The notes: generated from the sequence alone by a model not told the origin. A DNA stretch of 63,990 nt, filler included, from Octopus bimaculoides (GCF_001194135.2; 8 parts of 6 records of this genome joined end to end with filler, not necessarily neighbours in it), one strand, 5' to 3'. Shown: positions 34,600 through 47,120, counted from the whole stretch's first letter. Numbers and translations: made by a program.

Positions 34600-35330
34600 C
34601 GCGATAAAAATATTCGACGTGAACCGATCATTCGATGAGGGCATGGGTTCGTTTGACGATGTGGAAGTTTGTAACCTTAATGGCTTACACATTTTAGATC
34701 TTAAAAGAAAATTCTTAAAAGTAAAATTCGGTTTATATTTCGATGCTGAATTACCTATCTTCAATAATGCTAATGGACAAGCATTAGATTAAAAGACATG
34801 GTCAAATCATCAGGTCACTAGGTCTAAAATTCACCATGGTAACAAACCTTGCTGTAGTAAACGTTGACGTCATTCTTAACCTAAATACCAACTTATACAA
34901 ACCATATAAGGCGTCCAATGAGAGAAACGCACCTCAATCAGCACAGAATCTTCCCACCTCGCTATTGTATTCAAAAACTTGGTCAAAAACATTAGCAGGA
35001 GAATATTACATCTGTCAGCAAATAAAGACATCTTTGATAAAGCAGTCCCCAGTTACAACAATGTACATAGGCCAGTGGCTTTAAGGAAAACATTGTCTCC
35101 AGCAAAAAACGTAAAACGTAAAAGAAGATAATGAGTCCAAAAGTAACACGAGGTAACGTTCTTTAGTTCGTCCCTTCTTGCTCAATATAGAGGCAAATGT
35201 AACTATTTTTTTTACTTAATTTAGTAGATAAGCATTTTCCAGCTATCCATAGGTACAGGAGTTAATTTAACAGACATATTCTAAAGACTTCACACACCAA
35301 CCGTGGAAAATATATCGAACAAATCCAGAG
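34600..35330 (+). pseudogene. Decayed Penelope-like retroelement RT core, thumb and linker
   Basis: Across frames: MGSFDDVEVCNLNGLHILDL..FGLYFDAEL.IFNNANGQ (cf. MGSxDGAEVCELVG / GLYRDDGL); VNVDVILNLNTNLYKPY; KNLVKNISRRILHLSANKDIFDKAVPSYNN; ASGFKENI; NVL*F.P; NLVDKHFP..H...FNRH.LK.S. These are PLE-type motifs with stops and frameshifts. Confidence 0.8.
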
Positions 35331-35447
35331 TTGCAACACCACCGGAAGAAAAAGCTTGTGGGAGTCATCGATCAACTAGAAGATGAATACTCAAATCACA
35401 CCTACGAACACATAATCAAGTGATATATATATATATATATATATATA

Positions 35448-35645
35448 GGGAGAATTCACAAAAAGCAGCAGACGAAGACAGGTGGTGTAGAAAACAAATA
35501 GATGTATTAGTATAACGCTCGAGAATTGAGGAAGTCTTTAACGTTTCGAGCCTACGCTCTTCTACAGAGAGGAACACGGAAAGAAACAAGGAGAGAAACA
35601 AGGAAAGAAAAAAAATGTGTGTAGTGGTCAGCGATCTATGAGCAT
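35448..35645 (-). mobile_element. PLE terminal-repeat-derived short element ending in (TA)n, with a hammerhead-like motif
   Basis: Minus strand CTGTAGA-A-GAGC-GTAG-GCTC-GAAAC-GTT. Homologous to 37105-37245 and 54817-54990. Confidence 0.7.
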
Positions 35646-36085
35646 GGAAGAAAGGAAATTTTAAATAAAATATCATAACCACGTAACTAACTTCAGCTAC
35701 ATCGAAATGCAGCACACAACTAAGTCATTTATCCGGTTATCTATCTACCTACCTATCTGTCTACCCCACCTATGTATCCATCCAACTGCATATCCATTCG
35801 TACATCGATTTATCTTCCCATCTACTTGTATTTTCATCTAGTCATTCAATGCACTACACTTTTATTCTAATTATTATGTTATTCTTTATAGTTTTATCTT
35901 TGATTTTAAGAAATTCTTTTTGTTTTTAAATTTCATTTGACTTATTCTATACAAGTGCGTATATGTATGTATCTATACGTGTGCGTGTATGCATATACAT
36001 ACACTTATATGCATATATGTATATGTGTATGTGTAAATACATGTATTTTTTATACACATATAAAAATACATGTGTATGTATGTGT

Positions 36086-36164
<79 letters not shown>

Positions 36165-36212
36165 ACAGAGAGAGAAATGCGCGCGCGTACAATTATAGTT
36201 ACTAGTTTCAGC

Positions 36213-36400
36213 TCGGTTTATATTTCGATGGTGAATTACATTTCTTCAATAATGCTAATGGACAAACTTTAGATTAAAAGACATGGTCAAATCATTAGGT
36301 CACCAGGTCTAAAATTCACCATGGTAACAAACCTTGCTGAAGTGAACGTTGACGTCACTCTTAACCTAAATACCAACTTATACAAACCATATAAGGCGTC
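36213..36400 (+). repeat. Duplicate (~90% or higher by eye) of the PLE RT segment 34728-34915
   Basis: tcggtttatatttcgatg...caaaccatataaggcgtc is present at both loci, 188 bp each. Confidence 0.9.
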
Positions 36401-36529
36401 ATGCTGGGTCACCGCCGTTAGCTTTGATACACTTTCACTACTTGAAATCTCTTCGATTTGTGGCATTTGGTGAATGAGGTTTTCTCATGCGTTTTGGGAG
36501 GATATCGAAGAGTTGTGGGCACTTGAAAC

Positions 36530-36910
36530 CCAAGCTGCTGCAGTACAAACTACTAAAGTGCGAAATAGCAAGAATGTGGGCTATGAGGGGAGTGTCTGTC
36601 ATTCCAGTAGTTGTAGGGGCACTCGAAGCACTATTAACTAAGTACGAGAAATATGTGAAAGAAATCGGAATTGGTATGAGAGCTGGGCAAGCCCAATCTT
36701 TTGCTCTGCTGAGGACAGCTGGGATTTTGAGATTGGTACTTGGATGCTGAAGCCTCCTACGATAATTAACAAGCAAGTATCAAAAGCTTATAATGTGCAG
36801 AAAGGGACCCTGTGAGACCGCTGACGGCAGGCTGTTGTCCGCTCTCACAGAATCTACCAGAACAAACAAGACCGAATGTTCTGAGAAGTAAAACAAAATA
36901 ATAACAATAA
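36530..36910 (+). mobile_element. R4/Dong-like LINE 3' end (third subfamily) with UTR and an (AAT)-like tail
   Basis: KYKLLKCEIARMWAMRGVSVIPVVVGALEALLTKYEKYVKEIGI...ALLRTAGILRLVLGC*. Confidence 0.85.
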
Positions 36911-37104
36911 TCCGTGGATGGAATTTACGAATAATTTAATGCATCACAGGAATATAGACTATGATCTTAAGAAACATGTGATTTGTGGAAACGCGCGTAG
37001 CGATGCAATAAAACATTTATGAATTCCATCCATGGATTATTATTAATAATGATATATATATATATATATATATATTCACCATGATTAACCGCTAAATCCA
37101 CAAT

Positions 37105-37240
37105 TTTTTTATTCTCTTTGTTTATTTCCTTGTGTTCCTTTCTGTTGAAGAGCGTAGGCTCGAAACGTAAAAGATTTTCTCACATTCGCGAGCGTGAAAC
37201 TAATACACCTGTCTTCGTCTTTTGTTTTTCTGTAAATTTC

Positions 37241-37245
<5 letters not shown>
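37105..37245 (+). mobile_element. PLE terminal-repeat-derived short element ending in (TA)n, with a hammerhead-like motif
   Basis: cttt-CTGTTGA-A-GAGC-GTAG-GCTC-GAAAC-GTA-aaag at 37138-37173. Confidence 0.75.
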
Positions 37246-37308
<63 letters not shown>

Positions 37309-40300
37309 TATATCATATATATATCAAAGAAAAAGGATCCTGGAAGGAATTATTTCAAGCAAGTCTTAACACACAGAATATTAAATATTTCGTTTTTGTT
37401 CTAGTATTATAGCTGTGGTTTGGTTATTTTCAATCTGAATGTTTTAATAAATTAACAAGGGCCGCACGATGCGGACAAGATAATTTTCTTCTTTCCTGAA
37501 AGAGTTATTTAAAGACAAATAATTCAAAAAATCAAACTAAAACTTGTATAGCACAACCGAAATATTTGAGCAAGGAATTTCAAGTCAGATTCCTATTAAA
37601 TAAGTTTGGTTTGGTGTGGAGCAGTAAATCTTGTCGAAGAGAAAGCAAGCGGGTAGTAAAGAAAATTAACAAGTGTCACAAGCTGCAACGGTACACCACA
37701 GAGATCAATAATTCGGTCAATTCTATTACACAAAACTGTACATTGAATTTGGATAAAACTCGAAAATCGTGTATGTGAAAAATGTGCACCAAGGTCATAT
37801 AAACGCTTGCAATTGATAGAATCCTTACTTTATATATTTCTATTTCATTTATTCTTTCATTCTTTTTCTGTCCGTAATGATATGTTAGAATTCGCCACAC
37901 AAAAAATTTCCTTTTAATAACTATATAATGAGAAAGGATATCTTTTTTACTTTCTATTTTTAGCTGTTCCAATTAATAGACAGCAGCCATGAAGGGTTTA
38001 GTCGAACAAACCCACTCTTGTACTTCTTTCTTTATTCTTTTAAGTCTGTACATATCCTATTGGTTTCCGCTAGGCTCACATTTTATTATTTCATTCATCT
38101 GCTTAAAACTTCAATAGTTAATACTTCACTCTGTCACTCTCTCTTTCTCTTACTCACATTAATCTTAACCGAATTTCCACTACATGCTGAATCTAATGCA
38201 TAGTATCTAAAATTTCTGGAGTTTTTTCACAGCTTATTAAACCAATTGGCTTAGAACTTTCTCTCACCCTAAACAGAATATCTCATTAATTAAAAAAGAG
38301 GCAATGCTATCACAAAAATGTCTTTAAAATGGCGAATTGTTTCACCTGAAGACTGTTTTACACTACACATTGACCAACAAACGATCTTACGCATATTTAA
38401 TCTAAAAAGTAGAGGGAAAATGAAGAATGGTAAGATTCTTCGTTAGTGCATAGAATTATCGCTTTTCATTAATCATTAACTGAAATGCTGTCTGAACCGG
38501 GATAAGTTTACTGAGACAATTTAATCCTAAAGAAAAATACGAACCGAAGGCTGATTAAGTGAAACTAATTGACACTACTCATCATAATGCCAGATTGTTG
38601 GACTGATATTGTATCAGCTGACATCGACTTGACAACAATTAAACCTCATGCCAAAATGATTCTATTTAACAACTGAATTACTAACTTACATTAGCTTTTG
38701 CGACATTTTTGGAGTAATTTGATTACGGTACTATGTCAGATCTTAGAACTCGCCATTTTCTGTGAAAGCTGTAAAAAAAAACCTTGAGACAAATGCATCA
38801 AAATGCTTTGAAACCCCGATTCTGCCATCTTCGGCGTTAAAACTTGTCAAGTTCTTACAATCCTTTGAGAGGGTCAGTATCAACTTCAAAGGTATTCTAC
38901 AATTATCTTACAATCACCACAACTTCTTGTTACTATAAATGAACGCTAGGGATTGTGTTTGCGTGTTCATGGCTACCCCTACATTAATTCTTTGTCTTCA
39001 GAGTCTATGATTGATGCTTCAACTTTAATTCTTCCAGAGAAGGAGAATCGCAGTTTATGTTTTGAGATAACGGTACATTTTTCAAAGAACAATAATACTG
39101 TATGAACTATAATTGTTCTTTACCATCTTATTAGAAGCAGTCAAGTAGAACAGCTAAATAGACATCTATGAAAAACAGTAATATCTATCCTTTGTTAAGG
39201 AAAGCTATTAGAGGAACGATGGAGTCACGTTTTAGGGGAATTGTACATTACGATTAACTTTAATATGCATCGCAACTAACCTGGTGTTTCATCAAAGACT
39301 ATTTAGCTTTCTGCTTGTCATAGGAGGTAGTCATTAGTTGGATTGCTGCCTGAACCGGGAGAAGTTTTATCTTAACGGTTTAATCCTGACGAAAATACAA
39401 ACTAAAGATTGAATAATGAAATTTCTTTTATATTAATCATCATTGTATATTTATCAAATACCAGATCGTTGAACCGACATTGTATCACCTACAAATATAA
39501 TTCTGTCTTGAAGACTGTTTCGCAGGTAATCTATCAAACTCTGGTTTTATAGAAGAGATTTCTGCGATACTGACATACTGAATAATCCGACTCAGGCAAG
39601 TTCTTGGTTCTCAGATAGGCGTTCCGTTGACAATCACTATCATAGCATGCTGGAAACTCTGGGTCAACAAGCTTGTGAGCAGGAGCTGTCTAATGTCGGT
39701 TGATTGGAATATTTTTTTTTTAAATCACGCCTCCACCATTTGAACAACCTCTGCACTCAACAGCGATCGGGAAAGTACAGAAAAGATTCAATCCTTAAAG
39801 CTCCAGGAAATGCTATGAAAGCAGTATTGTTACGCCCGGTACATGTGCATCAAAACATAACATAGACCAATACAGGTATATTAAATAAAATACAACTGAA
39901 ATTCTTGATCAAAATTGCCTGCACCTCAAGAAATGTAACATAATTACTGAATGACAACTATGACCAGCTCCACATGAGAAAGGGACAGTCTCAAGAATCA
40001 AGATTTCTCCAAAATTGACATTCCATTAAGGGAAAGAACACGCTTATTGTCTGGAGATAAAGGGACAATCGTGGACACAAGTTTCTGTCTTAAGTGTCAC
40101 CAGCACGACAATTGTTTTACTGTATGTCCAATAGCCAAGGGACTAAGACTTCATGCAGAAAGTGTAAAACACATTTATGACCTGGAAGGCAGCACTAATA
40201 CAACTAAAAGTAAACTCGTTTACTTTTGTGCTCCGAATATCCGATGCTGAACGTCTGATCCCGACGAAAAGTTTTCATTTCCGACGGTTGATTCTCGCTG

Positions 40301-40924
40301 CAGTTGTGAAGAATGGAACGGAACGCGATTCTGTAATCAAGCCATTACTGTCGCAAGGTAACTGCAGTGTTTTTCTTCAGGCAGCACAGCACAGATTTAT
40401 CGAAAGTTGCTTGGCACATCCCCTCACTCCTTTCTTCCCAACTGCCTGTTCAATCAGTCGTTATCATGTAGGATTTGCAATGATCTTGGAGGAACTGTTA
40501 TATGTGTATGTATGTACGTGTGTACGTAAGCATGCGTGGATATGTATATAGATACCTACCTACATACATACATACATACACACACGCATATATAAATGCA
40601 TCTTTATATTAATATATATATATATATATATATATATANNNNNNNNNNNNNNNNNNNNNNNNNNNNNNNNNNNNNNNNNNNNTTAATTAATTAANNNNNN
40701 NNNNNNNNNNNNNNNNNNNNNNNNNNNNNNNNNNNNNNTATGTGTTGTGGACATCTTGATATGTAGAATTATGTGTATAGAATGTGTGCGTATATAGATT
40801 ACATGCGTCATTGGTGTGGGATAATGTGTGAGAATGTAAATATATGAATATATGTTGTGGATGTATGTTTATGGACATATATGTATGTAGACATAGGTGT
40901 GTCATTATATATAGATGAAAGAGA

Positions 40925-40966
<42 letters not shown>

Positions 40967-41161
40967 ACATTTCTTGTCTTGTGTATCGGCGTATACGTAT
41001 GGTCTGTAAGAATATATGTTCGTACGCTATATATCTACGTATACGTACAATTATATGGTTATATTTATGTGCAGACATAGTATACGTTCTTTATATATAT
41101 ATATATATATGTGTGTGTGTGCACATACAGACACACACTTAGGCACTTGAGTTATGTTTGT

Positions 41162-41193
<32 letters not shown>

Positions 41194-41384
41194 GTAGGCA
41201 TCTATGTCTGACATACCCCACCCATATATGTGTGTGTGTATATAGATATCGAGGCGTCGTGTGGTGTATTAACACATAAGATGTATGATAAGATATATTC
41301 ACGGCGTATACCATACATACGTATGGTGGTAACATGTTACACAGCATAACGTGTATGTATGTATGTATGTATCTATATTATATC

Positions 41385-41580
41385 ACTGTTTAGCACCAGG
41401 TCAGCACTGGTTGATTAGAGGCATCATGTTTAAGGCGTTACAACCTTGGCCATCATCGGTTAAGGAGGACTACATATCTAATGTCTCCTTTCAGCTAGTA
41501 GAGTATGGTTTGAAGGAGATTTGACTGTTATTTCTAGCAAGTCGAAAGACTGCATAGAGATTCCTCCTTCCCCCCCTTCT
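41385..41580 (+). mobile_element. Repeat family I copy
   Basis: ctgtttagcaccaggtcagcactg...ggactacatatctaatgtctcc...ggagatttgactgttatttctagcaagtcg. Confidence 0.65.
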
Positions 41581-41711
41581 GTGAATATGCATGATGTTAT
41601 AACATTCGTTTATATGTCTTATATAAATTATGTGTGTGTTTTGTGTGTAAATGTATCTATATGTATATTGTGTATGTATGTTTATATACATGTATATTTA
41701 TATATATATGC

Positions 41712-41746
<35 letters not shown>

Positions 41747-42317
41747 TGTTGATGCTTATGTAGGATTTCACCATACTTCGCTGCCAGTCAGTTTTGGAAT
41801 GTATGTAATTCTAGAATATATACACGCTCTCATTAAGACACATTTTTAGGAGCGCACATGCAGTTGTATGCAGTATATTTCATATATAGAACACAGTGAC
41901 ACACATACACACACCGATATAATGTATGTATAATACATTCTACGTATAACATGCTTATACAATAACGTATCTATCGAAATCTTATATATCATTTCATATA
42001 GATCTCTCTCTGTCTTTCTCTCTCTTTATATATATGTATGTATATATATTATATATATATGTATGTATATATATTATATATATATGTATGTATATATATT
42101 ATATATATATGTATGTATATATATTATATATATATGTATGTATATATATTATATATATNNNNNNNNNNNNNNNNNNNNNNNNNNNNNNNNNNNNNNNNNN
42201 NNNNNNNNNNNNNNNNNNNNNNNNNNNNNNNNNNNNNNNNNNNNNNNNNNNNNNNNNNNNNNNNNNNNNNNNNNNNNNNNNNNNNNNNNNNNNNNNNNNN
42301 NNNNNNNNNNNNNNNNT

Positions 42318-42527
42318 ATGTCTGTGTTTGTCCCCCCCCCCACCATCGCTTGACAACCAATGCTGGTGTGTTTACGTCCCCGTAAACTGGCTGTTCGGCA
42401 AAAGAGTCCGATAGAATAAGTACTAGGCTTCCAAAGAATAAGTCCTGGGGTCGATCTGCTCGACTAAAGGTGGTGCTCCAGCATGGCCACAGTCAAAAGA
42501 CTGAAACAAGTAAAAGAGTAAAAGAGT
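42318..42527 (+). mobile_element. SINE family B distal tail (segment D) after a gap
   Basis: tgtttgtccccccccaccatcgcttgacaacc...aagtaaaagagtaaaagagta. Confidence 0.9.
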
Positions 42528-43809
42528 ATGTATGTATATATATTATATATATATGTATATGTAAAATATACATACACATTCACATATGCCTGTTTTATAA
42601 ATATGATATAGACTGTTATAGAAAATACATTGTAACTCCGGGTTTCATGCTTAATTTATTAATTTAGCGCTCATCAGGCAAAATATCCTTGCTCGACAGT
42701 TTCGGAAAAAATGAAAATAAACGACTTCCGGTTTTCTATTGGGACTCAGTCACAATGTATTTTCTCTAATGGATTATATATATCTTTATATAATGTGTAT
42801 ATCTATCTATCTATATATATATATATACATACACACATGTGTATCTAGTACCCCTTGTGGTCAACCTTATATCCATATATAGTAAATTTCTGTTCGATCA
42901 TCTATATATGTATTTGTGCATGTTTACAGACGGAACAAATGAGCACTCAATAAGTAATGTAGAGCTTATTTCTATGAAGTAGTCAAAGATTCATGTCCTT
43001 ACAACATCTATCTATATCTATATATCTCTATATCTATCTGTGTATATCTATCTATCTATCTATCTATCTATTCATCATCATCATCATCTGTGTGCGCGTG
43101 CCTACAGACATATTGACCTACACGTCTAGACAAAAAATATTGATATATAAAAGGGATGTACATACACAACTTCAAACGTGGTTACATACATATATGTTGG
43201 CTCTAACCAGGAAATACACTGGTACAAAAGTGTGTATATANNNNNNNNNNNNNNNNNNNNNNNNNNNNNNNNNNNNNNNNNNNNNNNNNNNNNNNNNNNN
43301 NNNNNNNNNNNNNNNNNNNNNNNNNNNNNNNNNNNNNNNNNNNNNNNNNNNNNNNNNNNNNNNNNNNNNNNNNNNNNNNNNNNNNNNNNNNNNNNNNNNN
43401 NNNNNNNNNNNNNNNNNNNNNNNNNNNNNNNNNNNNNNNNNNNNNNNNNNNNNNNNNNNNNNNNNNNNNNNNNNNNNNNNNNNNNNNNNNNNNNNNNNNN
43501 NNNNNNNNNNNNNNNNNNNNNNNNNNNNNNNNNNNNNNNNNNNNNNNNNNNNNNNNNNNNNNNNNNNNNNNNNNNNNNNNNNNNNNNNNNNNNNNNNNNN
43601 NNNNNNNNNNNNNNNNNNNNNNNNNNNNNNNNNNNNNNNNNNNNNNNNNNNNNNNNNNNNNNNNNNNNNNNNNNNNNNNNNNNNNNNNNNNNNNNNNNNN
43701 NNNNNNNNNNNNNNNNNNNNNNNNNNNNNNNNNNNNNNNNNNNNNNNNNNNNNNNNNNNNNNNNNNNNNNNNNNNNNNNNNNNNNNNNNNNNNNNNNNNN
43801 NNNNNNNNC

Positions 43810-44196
43810 GGTGTTCTTGGTCTTATAGTATTTATTTATATATTTATATCCTTTATAGTTTGTTATTAGTCTGCGTCCATGCTGGGGCACTGCCTTCAAG
43901 AATTTTAGTCGAAAAATATCGATCCCCGTACTGGTTTTCTTTTTAAGCGTGGCACTTGCTCTATCGGTGTCTTTTGCCGAACCGCTAAGTTATGAGGGAT
44001 ACACCAACTCAAGCGGTGGTGTGACACACATACACACGCACACACACACGACGGGCTTCTGTCAGTTTCCGTCTACCAAATCCACTCACAAGGCTTTGGT
44101 CGGCTCGAAGCCGTAGTAGAAGGCCCTTGCCCAAGGTGCCACGCAGTGGGACTGAACCCGGAAACATGCGGTTTTGAAGCAAGCTTCTTAACACAG
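43810..44196 (-). mobile_element. Full-length SINE family B (head, (TG)n, tail D)
   Basis: Head at 44049-44196, internal (CA)n near 44030-44048, tail D to about 43870. Confidence 0.85.
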
Positions 44197-44904
44197 AATC
44201 ACATAGCAAAACTATAACATATATAAATTAGAATTGGGCCCTTAAACCTCCGACGTCCCTCGCGGACAACTGCCCTTGCTTGCTTATGCCATACAAGTAT
44301 AATTAACTTGATTCCTCCGTCTCTCCTACCCCTGCAAAAGAGCAATAACAAATCTTGCCTTCTGCCCGTTTTAGAAACGGCTGTATTATTGCTTGTTATA
44401 TATCGGCTTACACCGGAAACCGAGTTACTGGATTTACGTTTGTGCTTTCTCGCATACATTTTTCTGTGTAGTTGAATGTCAACGAGCAATGTGATGGCTT
44501 GCTTGTGTTGTTGCTAATGCCAGGCTAGGAACGCCATAGCAGTGGAAAGTTTGGGTAAACCCGCCTCTCGGACCTGCAAGTAACCCTTACGCTCTCTTGC
44601 AGGGTCACCCTCACGTTCGTAAGGGGGACACGTTGTTGTATAATTTAGCCATCCACCCAAACTCACGTTTTCCCCCTCCATCCGCTCTTTCGCCCTCCTC
44701 CACTTCAGCTATGATCAAGCGGATAGACTTGTGGTTGAAGGCGTTTCAGCTGTGACCATCCCGTCTTTTAATCAAATATAGTGTCTAGGACCCCCATTAT
44801 CAAATGTAGTGGTTCTCAACCTTTTTAATGTTCGAGCCTGATCCAAAATCCGGATTTTTTCTTGAGGGGACAGCCCCCTATCACCACCAGTTAAAGGATT
44901 TAAG

Positions 44905-45243
44905 ATCCAGTTATTAGATTGCGGCCATGCTGGGGCACCGTCTCGAGGAATTTGTTGTCAAATGAATCGACTTGTTTTATTTTATAAGCCTGCTACTTAT
45001 TCTAACAGTGCCCTTTCCCGAACCGCTAAGTTACAGGGACGTAAACACACCAACACCGGTTAAGCGGTGGTGGGGAACAATCACGCACGCACGCGAGAGG
45101 TTTCTTTCGGTTTCTTTCCATCAAATCCACCGACGAGGCTTTGGTTTGCCCAAGGTTATAGTAAACACTTGCTCAAGGTATAACGCAATGGGACTGAACC
45201 CGGAACCATCTGATTGGGAAGCAAGCTTCTTACCACGCAGCCT
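44905..45243 (-). mobile_element. Full-length SINE family B (head, short spacer, tail D)
   Basis: Head at 45096-45243 (gggaagcaagcttcttaccacgcagcc on +) and tail D at 44925-45085. Confidence 0.85.
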
Positions 45244-45611
45244 ATGTCATATGTTGTGTCATTCCTTGTTGCTTAATCTCGAGTCAAATAGACTCGTTAC
45301 CATCCCGTCATTTATAAAGACGTTGTCCATTCTTGTTTAGGCCCCGCTATAAACCACTCCATATTTCATTGTTTTTAGGAGATGGTATGTGATTTCAAGG
45401 AGAGTTGTTTAGCTGCTATTTTAAGCAGATCAAATGACGGCGGCCGCACTTCCTTCGTTTGGGTGGAGACTACAAACTGGCGCGGGATGATGACCTAGAG
45501 AAGCTGAGAGGGGATTAATTGTGTTGTGAGTTACTCCGTTAACCTTGGCGGGATTCGAACTCGCAACTTAAAGCAGCATAGCCTAAACAAACGCTGTGGG
45601 TTTATTGTTTT

Positions 45612-45852
45612 GGGCCGAACTGGTAAAATCGTTAGGCACGCCTAGCTAAGTAAGTGGTAAATGCTTGGCGTTTCGTCCGTCCTTACGGTCTGACTTCGAG
45701 GTAGACGTCGACACTGCTTTTCGTCCTTGCGGGNNNNNNNNNNNNNNNNNCGATAAAAATAAGTACCAGTTAAACATTGGGGTCGGTGTAATCGACTTGT
45801 CCCATCCTCTGAATTTTGCTGGCTTTGTGCCCCAAATTATAAACCGTATTAT
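45612..45852 (+). mobile_element. Diverged SINE family A copy containing a short N run
   Basis: gaactggtaaaatcgttaggcacgcc...cgataaaaataagtaccagttaaacattggggtcggtgtaatcgact...gctttgtgcccc. Confidence 0.7.
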
Positions 45853-46754
45853 TACAGACACTAACGTACACACACACACACATACACTGTAACCGAACAG
45901 CAACGCCCCAGGAATAGGGGTGGGCGAAAAATAGTGGTGGCGGCGGCAACTGTTGTTTAAATCCGGGTGGGCTGTGGTGGAGCAGACAATCTTTCACTCG
46001 TGACGGTACCGCGCTTATTTCCTGAATAAGTATACTTTGGACTACATTATCCAATGAGCCTGTAGTTGGCGGGAGATTTGGGTGCTATTTCTAGCTGCCA
46101 GTGTAACCACGTAGAGGTCTCCCAAGCTGTTGCGATGGTATTGTCGTTTTAGCCTCGGGTCCATCTTGATCGAGTAGATGTAATCATCGACTATCTAACC
46201 GTGGCCTTCCCGTGTTTTTATGGGTATCTGAGACTGTATTACCCAGATGTCTCCTTATTTTAAAGACTGAAGTGTGACTTGAGAGAGATTTTGCTGCTAC
46301 TCACTCACTCACTCACTCACTCTCGATATGACAATAGGTCGAGATTTAGCTGCTGTTTCTAGCATGTCTAGCTACTTTGTAGAAAGCTCGCTCGTGTACA
46401 TACATAAGGCAGTATGATATGGTTTCTATTTCTAACCGTCCTTGCTACCATATAGAAGTCTCCCTCATACGTAAGACAATTAAGATGTGATCTATGGACG
46501 ATTTGGCTGCTGTATTTAATGTCGAGCTACCATGTGAAAATGTCCGTCCTTTGCTAGTGCACAAGATTGTGATCTGGTTACTAATTGTAACGGGTTTATC
46601 TACCTCGATTTTTTTATTATTACCCACAAGGGGCTAAATATAGGGGTTACACAATGCAAAAACAATACAAAACATATAATCGGAGAAATGAAAATCCAAA
46701 AAAAAAAAATCGAACAGGGAAGAAAAAATAAAAAATCCGTGCTAGTGGAGCGCT

Positions 46755-47120
46755 AGGAGCACCATCCGAGCGGGATCGTTGCTAGGGTCGCTGACTGGCC
46801 CCCGTGCCGGTGGAACGTAAAAAGCACCATTTGAGTGTGATCGTTGCCAGGGCTGCTGACTGGCTCCCGTGCAGGTGACACGTAAAAAGCACCATTTGAG
46901 CGTGGCCGTTGCCAGTACCGCCTGACTGGCCCTCGTGCCGGTGGCGCATAAAAAGCACCCACTACACTCTCGGAGTGGTTGGCGTTAAGAAGGGCATCCA
47001 GCTGTAGAAACTCTGCCAGATCAGATTGGAGCCTGGTGCAGCCATCTGGTTCGCCAGTCCCCTGTCGAACCGTCCAACCCATGGCAGCATGGAAAGCGGA
47101 TGTTAAACGATGATGATGAT
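46755..47120 (+). mobile_element. Family C element (RTE-like 3' tail, (GAT)n end) with three ~65-bp internal tandem repeats
   Basis: agcacc(at) recurs at 46758, 46823, 46888 and 46954. The tail is ggcgttaagaagggcatccagctgtag...ccaacccatggcagcatggaaagcggatgttaaac(gat)n. Confidence 0.8.

Noticed and set aside
38690-38768. Minus-strand 79-nt segment with a good acceptor (ttttttttacag) and a gtaagt donor
   Set aside because: Stops occur in all three frames and the exonic side of the donor is weak. It could only be non-coding, and there is no supporting evidence.
40304-40357. Plus-strand 54-nt AG...GT exon candidate inside ORF 40177-40551
   Set aside because: It is on the opposite strand to the only supported gene, has no recognisable domain, and splice pairs of this quality arise by chance.
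46755-46960. Regularly spaced direct repeats here and at 51150-51685 considered as CRISPR-like
   Set aside because: The units are contiguous with no unique spacers, there are no cas genes, and the context is eukaryotic.
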